From NCBI GenBank assembly GCA_039096225.1, contig JBBPEB010000007.1, positions 1 through 64,000 of the forward strand: 64,000 nucleotides of DNA, written 5' to 3'. The translations under genes and the position numbers were made by a program. Of the stretch, positions 9,951-24,575 are shown piece by piece. Position 1 is the stretch's first letter. Every line of letters begins with the position of its first letter. Below the pieces are notes generated by a model. The model was not told where the DNA came from. It did not search any database and worked only from the letters and a program-made list of their open reading frames with translations. Source of the DNA: Blastocystis sp. Blastoise. Taxonomy: Eukaryota; Protista; Bigyra: Opalinata.

Positions 9951-11969
9951 TAAGTGATCACTATACAACATTAATATAATTTTTTAATTATTTTACTTTA
10001 TATAGATTCTTTGACATATAGAACATTTTCACTAATAGATATTTTTTTGTTTTCTTTTTTTAAATGACCTTTAGTCTGATTACTATCATCCTCTAGAAAA
10101 ACACAAATAGAAATAAAAAATCACATTGTGACTGTAGAGTCAACACCAAATAACGTATATGACACCACTATCAGACCCAATATTTTTTTAAGAAGCAATT
10201 TCAGAAATTTATTTGGTTCTAACCCTAAGCAAATAAAAATTCACGAAAAATAAAACATATATATTATTTAATTAACATAATATGGGTATTAATGATATAT
10301 AAAAGGGTTTAATAAGTCATTTCATATTTAATTAATATCCTTTTTAATCCCAAAACAACTCATTTTCATTTAATAGTATTATAAACAGAAAAATAATAAA
10401 CTAACAAAAAAGAATACATAAATAATTAATAAACTAACATAGATTTTTTATTATATGTTTAGTATTCATGCAGAGTGTTGTTTTTTGACCATTTTTAAAG
10501 ACTATAGAAATGTAATTATAGAAATATTGATAATTTAATAATAATAAATTATACACCTTATAAAAGCACATCAAACATCATCTTATCTTCAATTATATGA
10601 TTATTTTAAAAGACTATATACAGTTTAAAATAAAAAGGAATAAAACAATTATAAATAATATATATTAAACGCACACATCAATTAATGATTACACTTCAAG
10701 GACCACCAGCTAAAAAAAGCCAACTATAACTATTATATAAAAATATTTAAAGCATACATTTCAAAGTAAGTCATTCCTGATCAGTAGAGCACCAAAAACA
10801 AAGTTATAACTGTAGAGAGTAGATAAATAGAGAAATAAGAATATATCTTCATCCAAGAGAAAAAATTGTGTTCGTCTCCTATTTATTTAAGTCATAAATG
10901 ATAACTATATAATAAATTATATAAAAAAATAGTGATACATACCATTATAAATCAAAAAAAAAACAATCGTAAAAAATCAATAATAAAATAATTTATGTGA
11001 AAAACTTTTATGTCAAATAATAATCCAACCTCTAACCCTAAAATATGTATAAATTTTTTATATATACGAAAACTCTAAAAATTCTACCCTATGATGATTT
11101 CTCCTTATTTCCTTAAGATACTGAATACTAAAAAGTCAGCATAGTTCAAATATCACTGTATATTCATAATATAATAATTATGATATTTATATTTATGTTA
11201 TGACAAGTGATATTAGGTTATTGAAAGAATAACAACCAATAATAAATGAAATAAAATCTATATTGTGTTTAATCGAGATACTATAATGATTATATAGTAT
11301 TTCATTACAATAATTATATCATTTAAAATAAGAAAATATTTAATCTGATATACTTTCACAAACTGATTTACTAATTCTTTAAAAATATTTTTTATTTATA
11401 AAAATATAACTCTTCTTATTTTTACATACTCATAGAAATAAATGTGTAAAGAACTAAGTTTTAAATAAATCAATTTAAAGAGTATTAATAGAAATAAAAG
11501 TGTAAAAAAATATTATTATTATAAACAAAACTATATATATAGAAAACTCATAATAATTTATCTAGAAACATTAATAATAAACTAATTTATATTCTTATGA
11601 TATTTATTACAAGAAGAAATAAAAATAATGTTATAAACGAATATATATATTTTGTTTAGTAAATAATAAGAAAGAGTAATAACATGGAATAGTAATTATA
11701 TATATGTTGTAAAGATATAAAAGAACTTATTAAAGAATATATATATAGCATAGACTATTTTTCCTTTAGAAATATATGTTTATTGCTCCTATTGATTATA
11801 TCATTATTATTTATTTTTATCATTAAATTCATTCTTATCTATTATAGTATAATTCAGTGAATAATTTAATAAAATACTTAGACTATAAAAAAAATAAGTT
11901 TATAGATATAATATATATAATAATAATATATAATAGAAGATATAATTAAACAAAAACATTCAAAATAAT

Positions 11970-12639
11970 ACTCTTCGAATTCGAAAGAACTAAAGTTAAC
12001 AACATACAAAGAGAATAACCAAAAGATCAAAGGAAGAAATAGTATCATTCTATTTATCTTTGTATGTATTAATATCTAAATATATACATCAATAACAATA
12101 TAATATATATATAATAATTCTAATAATAATAATATAAATATATATATACTTGTCTATAATCTTATTTCCAATATTATTTCGACTTTTCAATACTTTCAAT
12201 TGTTCAATATATGTAGATAATAATAAAAACTTTATATATAAATAAATAATTAGTTTCTAAAGGAGATATGAAACCAGAATATATTCTTCTAAATTCTATA
12301 TTAGTTTTAATTCATTTTATATTATTTAATAGTTCTTTAATAGAATCCAGTATTTATTGTTTAGTTATAATAATAAATTTATTCACATTAGAAAGAGGAA
12401 TAGACCCACATTTTATATACCTGAGATTAGTTCTAGAGGAAGAAGAGTAGGTTTAGTAGATTCATTCTTAATAGTAAATAATTGTTCATATATAGTTACA
12501 CATATATTTTTAATTGATTTCAATAAATCTTAAGAGTAATTCTTTTTTTATACAGAAAATTAATACATATTAATTATTTTAATAATATTTCTTAAGAAAA
12601 TTGAGTTGCTAATTATAATGATTGAATAAGATCAGAAAA

Positions 12640-12684
<45 letters not shown>

Positions 12685-15600
12685 TTGTTTTTTTAGTAAT
12701 AATAGAATAATTTGAAGAAGCTAACCAACAATTATTCATATAAATATTTTCATTTAAATCATATAATAATGTAGTTATAGTAAATTTTGATTGTGATATA
12801 GGAGAAAGAGAAGTAAAATACATGTAAATAAATGGATTCTAGAATATATATATATAATATAATAAACATAAAATAATAACAATAATAACTTATATATACT
12901 TCTTTAAGTTTTTCTAAGAATTATTCAGCACACAGATATAGATAATCTTTTTTTCCTTCATTCCCATAGAAAAAGGAAAGGAAACCTTTTGAATTTGAAG
13001 AAATTAAAAACTATTTTATTCTTTATTTAAATAATATAATAATAAATTATATAGTTGTATATATCAATCAATATTTTCTTTATTATTATTTTTTTTATCT
13101 TCTTAAATTTATCATCTACATTATAACATATTCTTAAATAACTATTTATATGTATAATTTAATTAATTCCTAATAAATCAAATATATATTGATAATAAAA
13201 CATAAATATATCGAAAAGGATGATATAGTTCAGATAATAATGTTTGCATAGAGATAACTATAGAGTTACATAATTCTGAAGGTATATATAATTTATTAAA
13301 ATTATTAGGAAACCATTTTATAGTAGTCAATATCTTCATTATAGAAGAATCAGATCTATATATGTAATAGATAAATAATACTGAATAAAAACAATAAATA
13401 TATATACTTAATAATATTGAAGTTATCTAGAATATAATTAATAATAGTATTTCATAATGTTATATTCATAGGAGTCACCTTAGAAAGAAAGAATTCTTTA
13501 GAAACAGTAAATAAGAAAGTCGATAATTTAAGAGAAGACAAATTTATTAACTAATAGGAACTATATATATAACTATATATATACAATTTAGAATTAATAA
13601 CATTATTATATCCATAAAGATATTTCTATTGTATAAAATCATCGGATATATAATATATCTGTAGAACAAAAAGAAACACAGATATTTTCTTGGGTATAAG
13701 AAAAAAGGTAATTAATTAATTACTGTTCTATACTATATATATATATAATATTATAATTATAAATATATATATAAATGTACTTTTTCAATATGATCTGGAC
13801 TTCTTTCAATAATATATATTTATAAAAAAAATATTGTTTATTATCACTGAAAGATTCTACAGTTTTAAGTATGTTCTGGAACACAGATGAATCTTGTGCA
13901 ATGAAACTAATATAGAATCAACATGGCAAGGTGAATAACAGGAATATATAGAGTCTATTAGAGAGGAAGAGAGGGAGATGTCTAGAATAGAAATCGATAC
14001 TTATATATATATATAAATAGATACACAACGAATAGAAAAAAGAGTAATATATGTAATAATAAAATAGATGAAGTAAAAGATAATTATATCAATAATTATA
14101 ATCATAATATGTTTATATACTTATAATTATAAACTTGTTATTGTTTTTCTAATCCTTCTGTATTTATACAGAAAAAAGTATTAATAGTAAACCAAAACAA
14201 TATATTATTTTCATAGGACATAAAAGGTCAGTAGACTTAATTCCCATGGAAATCTGAATGGTTTACGTTTATATATAATAAATATGATAAAGTATTCATT
14301 CTTGAGTAAATTGAAAAATATAAGAAGATATAGAATTATATTCTATTCCTATATATATAAATGATATCAGTTAACAAAGAAAAAAAAACAATAAAAGTAA
14401 TAGCAATAAATAATTATAATAATATAATATACATATACATATATATGTTGAAAACACTACATATTCTGGAGAGACATAAAAAATATATATAACTATACGA
14501 AGATGGTGAAGAGGAGGAGTGAACGAAATGAAAATGGATCTAGAATATAGTATTAGTAGCATTTATATATATATAAAGATTTATATAGAATAACAGCAAT
14601 TATATATGGAGAATATATAGATACTAACTATAATAACATTACTAATAATATAAATAAATTAATAATAAATAAATTAATAACAAATAAATAAAAAATATAA
14701 CATAAATAAAAATTACTAATATATATATATATATATATAAACTATTTTCTTATAGATACCTCTAGTAATCTATAGAGTGAGTCACATAATATGTATTCCT
14801 GTTTATTAGTCTTTTTATATGACTGTAGAATATAAATGAATAACAAATAATACAAATAAATAAATAACAAATAATATAAATAAATTTAGCAAATAATATA
14901 AATAACTAAATATATATATACTATAATAATTCAAGTTACAAGACTACTAATCTCTCTTTTATACTTCTCTGTTATTCTTTATATAATAATAATACGATCT
15001 GAACCTATATATAAATAAATATAAATCTATTCATATATATTAAATAAAAACAATATATATATATATATATGTATATAAATTCTTCTTAATAATAATAAAA
15101 ATATTTCAATATACCATAATATTTAATTAAAATTGTTTTAAACATTATTTTCTAATTAAAATTTCCTATATAGGCAATAAATAAGATTAAAAATACAATA
15201 ACAAAAAATATATATAAAAAAAGTATTGAAATAATAAATAAATTTTATAAATATATAATAAAATATTGAATTACCAAACTAACAGTAGATATAATGTAAA
15301 ACAACTATTTTCAATATATTTATATCTAGTATAATTAAATTAATATAATAAACATATGAATTAAATAAAAAAACAAAATAAAATAAATATATATATGTAT
15401 ATAAATATTTACCTATAAGAATTTTTGAAGATTTTGTTTGTTTTATAATTTAGAACATTCAAGACACCAGAATGACATCAAAGTATTAATTTCGATATTC
15501 TATACTAAAATAAATAAATAATATAAAACAATAAATATATACAAAAAGAAATGATCTCCCATTTTCTCATTTTTTTTGATTTTTTTTTTAATTTATTTTG

Positions 15601-15890
15601 ATTTAGAACTGTTTGTATACCTTGTGAGATTGTTCTGAATCACTCCAATTATGATTAACCTATATATAAATAATAATAATTATCAACATTTACAATACTT
15701 TGTCGAACATATTTCTTCCTGTTTCATCACACCTAGATCATAGTCTAATAACGTCAGGTATTGCCAATAAACTATAAATATAAATAAATAAAAATATAAT
15801 TATAATTAAGTTTTCGAGTATCAAATAAAAATACATTATTACAACTATACAGGTGGCAAACACTTTCTTTAATAATTAGTAAAAAAATTA
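11970..15890 (-). pseudogene. Multi-exon pseudogene, probably RGS-domain protein
   Basis: GTATAT...TAG introns flank exons reading e.g. SYENNILFWFTINTF...EKQ*QVYNY and IYIIERSPDHIE (RGS-like ENxLFW and YIxxxSP motifs). Many in-frame stops and frameshifts; limits approximate. Confidence 0.4.
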
Positions 15891-16449
15891 AATAATTATA
15901 TTAATTATTCATTCAGAATATATATTATAAAAAGTAATCTTTATTTCAAAAGAAAAATAATAGAAAAATTTCCTTTATTTTTTATATTTTTTTTCTTTTT
16001 AGAAAAACAAAATATATTTTTGGATCTAGTTGAATTACATACCCATTTTGGGAATATATTAGATCGATTTTATTTTTTTTTTCGGTTATTTTGGTACCCA
16101 AAACTGGATCTAATAAAAAAATTTGAATGAAATTTTATTATATATATTATAACAATTTACAATTCACTTCTATTTCATATATCATCATATGTTTATCATC
16201 AATTTTATCTATCTAATATATTAGTATTATAGTAATTTACATTATTTAATATTATTCAATAACTATATTTGATAATTATTCTATTCAAATATTATCATCA
16301 ATTCATTCAAATATATATTTTTATTTTATTATATAACTAAATATCATATTAATCAAATAAGAATGATTCTATTTGTATAATAATATCATTAATATTGTTT
16401 TTTATAAAATTCAATATAGTATGAATAATAAATAGTAATCATTTTCATC

Positions 16450-18641
16450 ATTCTTTATATTTTTATTATTATTTGAATTATTATTGGCAGTAGTATTAAC
16501 ATCAATAATATCATTAATATTACTAATGTCTTTATTAATATCTATTTAAAAATTATTATTATTATGATTATAAGATTGATTCCCTATTTCTGAATGAAAC
16601 ATAATATAATAGGATAATGAAGAATATTTAGTAGCTCTTCAACAAATAAAAATACCTGTAGAAGAAAGAAATGAAGGAGAAATAGGATAAGTAATAGCCT
16701 CATTATTATTTATATTAGTATTATTATTATTATTATTATTATTATAATAAAAATTAGTTTTGATTGTTAGCCTTGAATTCAAAAATATAGTAATAATAGT
16801 AGTAGTAACTAATAATAGTGATGGGAATTCAGTAATGATTGAATTGGAGATAAACAAATAGTATGACTTCGTTCAGTCTTATAATAAGAATGTATAGTAG
16901 AAGAAGTAGTAATAATAGTAGTTGCTGTTGTAATAGAAGTAATAAGAGGATCAGTCGTTGTATAGTAGTAATTGATTTAGATGAGAATGTAGGAACAGAC
17001 ATACTATTAGAGTTAGTTAAATGATTCATATCAGAACTATTATTATGATAAGAAGAAAGAGATTCTGAAGTCATAGAGAGAGAGGTTATATTGTGTAGAT
17101 TAGATAAAGAATGGATAGTATATGATGTAGGAGGAAGACTATTACTAACAGTAATATGTATAGGATTAAGAAGAGTAGAAATAGTAATAGTAGTAGCATT
17201 AGGAATATAAATATTATTATTAGTAGCAATTATAAAATTATTATTTATATTAGTATTATTTGGAATTATAAAATTATTATTTATATTATTATTATTAGTA
17301 GTAATAACAGTATTATTCAGAGAAGAAATATTATTAATAGTAGAAATAAATACCATATTATTAGTGTATGCCATATTATTTTCATTAGTATTATTATTAT
17401 TCCTAATATTATTAGTATTATAAATCATATTATTAGTTTCAGTTTTCATAATCTTATGTTCTCCTTTTATGTGAATTAAGGATTGATTCTTCTCATTATA
17501 TGAGATATTATTATCATTCTTTGCAGAATTATTAATAGTATAATTCTGATCTTCTGTTGATATCGATAATGGTATATATATATTAAAAGAATGTTCTGTC
17601 GAATCTAATATATCATTTGATTGAATATTAGTATTATTATCTTCATTATTATCATTATTTGAATAATGTATATCTATAGAAGGATTAGATGAATATAAAT
17701 ATATATTATATAAAATATATTTAGAAGAAGGAAGAAGAGCAATAGGAATAGTATAATGAGTAGTTTCAGACTGATTATGTATATATGTAGATAGGCTATC
17801 TTATATAGTAGAATGTAAATTATGAATAGAAGAAGAAGAAGAAGAAAGAATGACTAAGAAGACGTAATGATGAATGTTTTGTTTTAGAAGATTCTGTTGT
17901 TTCTGTTAATGGTATATTAGTATCATATACTGTAGATATACTATTTGAATGAAATCGATAATTTTGAGGTATTCTATTTATACTATTCTTCAGTTTAAAT
18001 AATTATTTATCTTGAGGAATCATAGGACTTAATGTATTCTTATTTATATATTCATTTTATGAATCATTATAATGGTTTGTAGCTATTTTATTAGTTAATA
18101 TAAAGTTATTTGAATTATTATTATTTATTTGAATTATTATTAGTATTCACAAAAATATTACTACTTATAAGATTTGACTTATCTTCTTCATTTGCTGAAG
18201 TTAAATATGTAGAAAGGATAGAATACGTTTTTTGATGTAGATATATATATATATATCAGAAAATATATTATTTTCTCGAATAGAAGAATATGATTAAATA
18301 TAATCATTTGATATAGGTATAGTTGAAGATGATGAATTTTTTGTTGAATAATTAGAAGAATCTGTAAATGAATGAGATGAAGAAGAAGGAATAGTAGATG
18401 GAGATCTATGTATAGTTGTAATAGGAGAAATATTTGTATTATTAATAGAAGGAGAAGGAAAGATAGAAGGAGACATTGAACGAAGTGGAATAGGTGAATG
18501 AGATTTCAGAGTTGAAAGCACAGAAAGACTTTTTCGATTCATAAATAATCGCGTAAATAATGTGTTATTCCCATGAGAAATAGAAGCTCGATTTAGTTTA
18601 TTTTTTTATTGTGAGGATCGCATAGAAGAAGGAGATACAAT

Positions 18642-18681
<40 letters not shown>

Positions 18682-20135
18682 ACAAAATAGTAATACTTAT
18701 TTTTTAAGAATTTCTTCAAATTCAGTATGGATTTGTTTCATCACATTATATACTTTATATCACAGACTATTCTATAACTATAATATTATTCTTTTAAAAA
18801 GAATCTCAAAAATTATTTTTAAAAGAAGAATATAAGTAACTACATTAATAGGAGAATAAAATAATGATATTCAAGATGCATTAATTTTTTATGACTATAT
18901 TAAATATATATAAATAATATATAACTATAATAAGAATAAATATAGTAATTATAACTATAATAAGAATATATATATATATACCTATAGAATAGTTCTTCTT
19001 CCATTTATAATCGATATTTCAATATATATATAAGTTTAGTATATTTAATAATGTTTATATCTTTCTTTTAACACTTCTAAACCATATACAACAATTTATT
19101 TCTTTATTCTTAGATAATATTATATATTTTATATAAATCGATATATTTACACCTATATATTCATTAATAAGATATTTTTTAACATAAAAATAATTCAAAT
19201 ATTATTTATTATTAAAATCAACAATTCAAATATAATATCTAATTCATTTATTCAAAAAATAATTCCTTTTTAAATAATAAAGACCAAATATAGTATATAT
19301 TGAATATAAATATGGATAACATTCAAATAGCTATTTAATGATTAATATTTGAATTGTTTTCTCTCTCTATATATATATATTCTTATAAATTTTTATTGTT
19401 AGAAATATATATATATATATACATTATCAAGGTAGTAAGTATATTAAATAGATCAAATGAACCTACAAATGAATAAGATGAATCATCCTCTATATAATAT
19501 TTATGTATTATATATATATATATTATTATTATTATATATAATAGATACATATTATACAAATAATATATATAATATATATTATATAATATATTTATATACA
19601 TCAAGTTATTGAAAACCTTTATGAGTATAATCCTTCTGAAAATGGGAGATATGAATTGTTATAAGAGTAAGAATAATGATTTAAAGGCAAGAAGATGAAA
19701 AGGAGGGACTTTTAGAAGATAATAATTATATAAATCTATATAGATATATAATATTTGTTGATTAATAACTTTTATAAAAAAAATTCAATTTAAAAGTTTA
19801 GAGATAAAGATATAGATTCAAAATAATAGTTGAATAACTATATATTTATATAGATTTGATAAAAATAGAATAATAAACATAGAGATAACAAAGAGATTGT
19901 TAAATGTCATGAATATTCTATATAACAAAGAAGAGAGAAATATACAAAATATTTTACATTATTATATATAATACATATATACAAAACTATCATCTTTATA
20001 AAATGGTATTAATGAGAATATCACTTGTTTTTCTTCATTTATTTCTATAGTATAAATATATATATAATGGAAAATATATTCACCAATTGTTCTCTATAAT
20101 AATAATAATAATAATAATCTCTCTCTTCCATGACA
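16450..20135 (-). pseudogene. Pseudogene with RhoGAP-like exons and Asn/Ser-rich low-complexity tail
   Basis: Exons read NIHDI*QSL and LLKVPPFHLLAFKSLFLLL*Q (RhoGAP-like). The N/S-rich ORFs 16829-17449 and 18294-18542 are fragments interrupted by stops. Confidence 0.3.
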
Positions 20136-21191
20136 CTTTTTTATTGAACAGCAATTGTCATAAAAAAGTGACACCTTTGTTATTTTTTAACAATGTAAAA
20201 TATTTTTTATTCAACTGTATTAAGTCTGATTTAAATGTCTTTGTGTGATAGTCACAACAAGTACCACAAAATATTGGCAATACACCTATATTATTTTTTA
20301 TATATCTCATCAAATTTATCTTTTTTATTATTTATTCAAATTTTCTATATTATTCTATTATTCATTTATATTTATACTCTTCATCATAATAAAACTATTT
20401 TTATAATCATTCCTTTTTTATATTAGTTATAAATAATATTAAAAGGTTCATTTAAATACTTTATATAAATTTTATACTATTCATGAATTCTATACTATTC
20501 TCAACTTTTTCTTGTTTATAAACTATTTTTTCATTATATTTAAAAACTTTATTTAATTTTATTATTAATATTTAATTACATTTGTTCATTTATTTAAATA
20601 ATATTCATTCTATATATTTATTTTACTTATTTTTATATTTATTTTTTTTCAACAATGATATAATTAATTGTCTATTATTTAAATTAATATTAATATATAT
20701 AGTATTTTTATTATAATTGTTTATAAAAAATATCAAATTTTTAATAAATTAAAGAATAAAAACATTTTTCATTTTATATTATAGATAACTATTTATTATT
20801 TTGAACTTTCAATAAGTATTGTTTTTAATTATTTAAATAAACGATAATGTATTGATGTTTATTATTATCATAGAATTCCTATCCTTTATATAGTTTATTG
20901 TTTTTATTCTTATGATTTATATATTATACTTTGGTATATATCTATAAAATAAATTTATTAATAAAAATTATTTTTATTAAAAAACTATTTATTTATTATT
21001 GAAAATATTATATACTAATTATTATTAATAAACTTTTAATTGTATAAATATAGTTAGAAAACAATTAGCAAAACTATATTTTATGTTTTTTTAAATAATA
21101 TATATATTGAAAAAAACTTTTCTCAATAAAGAAAAGAAAACAATATATATAAAGAGAGAAATAAAAAAGAAATAGTAATTTATTATTCTTT

Positions 21192-22756
21192 TTATGCTCT
21201 TCCCCATACTTCATAATCTTCTACTGTAAACTTATTAGTAGAATTAGAGTTATTAGTATTGACAAATAATGATGATTTTTGAGGAGTATTCACTTCAGAA
21301 TAAGAATGTGCATTACAATAAGAATTAGTATTACTATGACATTGATCAGATATATAGATATCACAAAAATATGGACCATAAGAAGAATAACAATATATAC
21401 CACAACTTCTATCACTGTTTGTATAATCATATTTAGTAGGAGGAATACCATGTTCATTACTTAATGTAAATAGAAATTCTTTAGAATAAGGTTTCCAACC
21501 TATGTAAAACATATAGAATAATAATAGAGAATAAATATACTTCCTGAACCAGATTCCCAACTTTGATCTGTATATCCTCCAAATATATTAATATGATTAT
21601 TATGACCTATATGTTTGATTATAGTTACTGTTTCTCCTTTATAGTCACAATATTTATGAAATTTATTTGCTTTATATTTATGTTCGCTTGCTCTATATAT
21701 ATACAATGATATAATATAATAAATTAATAAATACCTAAATAATAATTTCCATTTCTTTTCTTTACCAAGCCAATTTACTAAAGATAATTCAGTAGTTTGA
21801 TCTACTATATATGAATGTGGAAATGGAACATTAATGTTCCATCCATTCTTTACACTATTTCTTCCTTTATCACCAAATAAACTATACATTTCATTCTCTA
21901 ATAATTCTCTATTTATATTCTTTGTTTCTTCTTCAGAAATATATATACAATTATATTGAATATATTCATAAATATGATCAATATATGTATAATCCTTCTT
22001 CAAATACATTTCATTATTCTTTTCGTCAAAATATACGTATCCATCATCATATTCATTTACTATATTATTCCATAATTCATTCTTCTTCCAATAATCTCTT
22101 AATATATCATCTTTCTTATCATTTATATAAAGAATAACATCATCATCTTCTTCATATTGTTTCACACCATGATCTCTTCTATAATGGGTTTTCATTAATT
22201 CTTCAGGAATAGGTAATTCACAATATTCAAATAAATCTAATAATTCAATTTGATCTCCAAATTTCAATTTATCAATATTCACTTTTTTATTCATTAAAGA
22301 ATCAATTAATAAAGGAAAAAGTGTTTCATCACCACGATAATCTAAAAACATATTACCATCATTAGTTCTTTGATTTTCTTGGGAATATTCATACAGAAGA
22401 CTACCTACTAGACTATTTGTTATTCTTTTAGGAAGAGAATAAACTGGACCGCTACTTGTAAATCGAATATAATCAATTCCATTATCATTATTATTCATAG
22501 TAGCATCATATTCATTCAGAAAAGAAGATTCTTGGATAATTATTTTTGGATCATCGCCATTCTTATCATTCATTCCTTCACAATTTCTTGTTAATCGATT
22601 CACTAATGCATTTATAGATTCACCTGAATGAATACAAAAACTTATTGACTTACTTAAAATACCAATCAAATCACTAATCAGTCTTTCAAAATGAATTACA
22701 TCCTTCTGAATATCACCAATCTTATTCGCATCAAATTCTACCTTCTCTTTCACCAT
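21192..22756 (-). CDS. BTB-like + TLDc domain protein (3 exons; introns 21693-21734, 21500-21540)
   Basis: WKLLFRASEH...FHKYCD...IFGGYT...FLFTL...YGPYF...VEDYEVW TLDc motifs. N-terminal DGNMFLDYRGD is BTB/T1-like. Splices in frame. Confidence 0.85.
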
Positions 22757-24575
22757 TCTAAACTATAAAAGGAATAAAAGAAAAATGAAAACTTTTTAAA
22801 AACTATTTTTCTATCCTATATAGAGAAACAAGTCTCTCTTATTCAAAATTCTAGTTAAAAACTCATTTGTGAAATATATTCTTTTATAGCGTAAAAATTT
22901 ATAATAATCGTAAATATTTATGAAAAACTAGGTTTTCACCAATTCACGATTATTTTTGATTTATTGATTTTTATTTTAAAATAAATACAGATTATTTACA
23001 ATTTTTTATTCATTTTTTATATTTCTTTATTATTCATTTAAATTGCATTTATAATGAAAACTATTTTATTTTGTTATTTATAAATCATGTAATCTACAAG
23101 AATAACATTAAAATAGATCAAAATAAACAAATAATTGTCATTCTTTATTCCATTAGCTAAGGTAGCAAGTCGATTCTATATTAGTATTTAATCAGAATGT
23201 TCTGAATATTAATAATTTTCATTAATTACTTTTGAGTTTCTACTTTTATTCACATTTTAGTTTCAAATCTTCTTCATAGGATCTATTTAAACTTCAATTC
23301 ATATTTTATGTTATTTAAATAATCATAATTCACATGAATCACTGATCTAAATCATAATTATGATGTTTCTTTAGCTAATCATTCCAATTCTATTCTCGAT
23401 TTAATATTTTTATATATTTATTACATTCATAATATAATTCTCTACCCATTCAAATCACTTTATTTCTTTCAATTTCAATATCCTTCTAGTTAATTTAAAA
23501 ATCATTATTTTTTTCTATTTTTATTCTTTAAAAAAATTAATCCTAATATATCTTATACTCCTTATAATTATCATGTAAATGAGTATATTATCTCCATCCA
23601 AACAGTTATTATCACTTTTATTTTTGTATACTATTCAACAACAAATTATTATCTAAGATACTTAACTTATATATATTCACTATATTCATCTATAGACCAA
23701 ATATGATTAGCTCACAGTACAGAACGTTTCTTATTCATTATCTTATTTAAACAATATCAATTATATAATAAATAATGAAATTATGATATAATAGCATATA
23801 AAATGATTTCAAGTATAACAATTCATATATATACATTTAATAACTGTAATTTTTAAATATATTTATATTTATAATGAATCATAAAAACATATTTTTTTCA
23901 ATATTTATAAACATGTATAATTCTATTGGATGGTATACTATACTATTAATCTATTTATATCAAAGTCTCTATATGATATTTAATTATACATATATTAAAA
24001 ACTATTTGGTATTTTATATAATAAGCATGAAAAGAGATTCTTATATAAACAACACATTTCCTCTATTCTTCTACAGCTTTCTTTGAAACTACTTTTATAA
24101 ACTGTTAAACAAACATTATATAACTACATAAGAAACCCTAAAACAAATATTTTTTTATATATTTTGAATTTGTAATTCTTTTAAAAAAGTAGATCCAAAA
24201 CAGTCTTTTTTCTTTTTAATACTTCATATATAGTAGTAAACTCTTATTAAACATTTTTACCAAAAATTATTTCAAGTTATTTTTGTATAAGAATAAATCT
24301 TTAGAAGCATTTATAGTTCTAAATGAATACCTAATAAGCACAATAAAACAATGAATTCATAGCAAACAATAATATTATTTTAAAAACATCAAATACTGAA
24401 AACAACAGCTAACATATATACTGATTATTTTTATTCCATTATTTTCAAATAAAATAATAAATTTATATATATATAATTAATAGAAATTTAAATAAATATT
24501 TTTTTTTAAATAAGAAAATAAATAGATTATATATAAAGCAACAAAAAAAAACAAATATAAAATAATTTACTTAAT

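Noticed and set aside
16021-16112. 8-bp direct repeat TGGATCTA flanking 76 bp with small palindromes (possible MITE)
   Set aside because: No terminal inverted repeats and a single occurrence; could be chance or promoter sequence.
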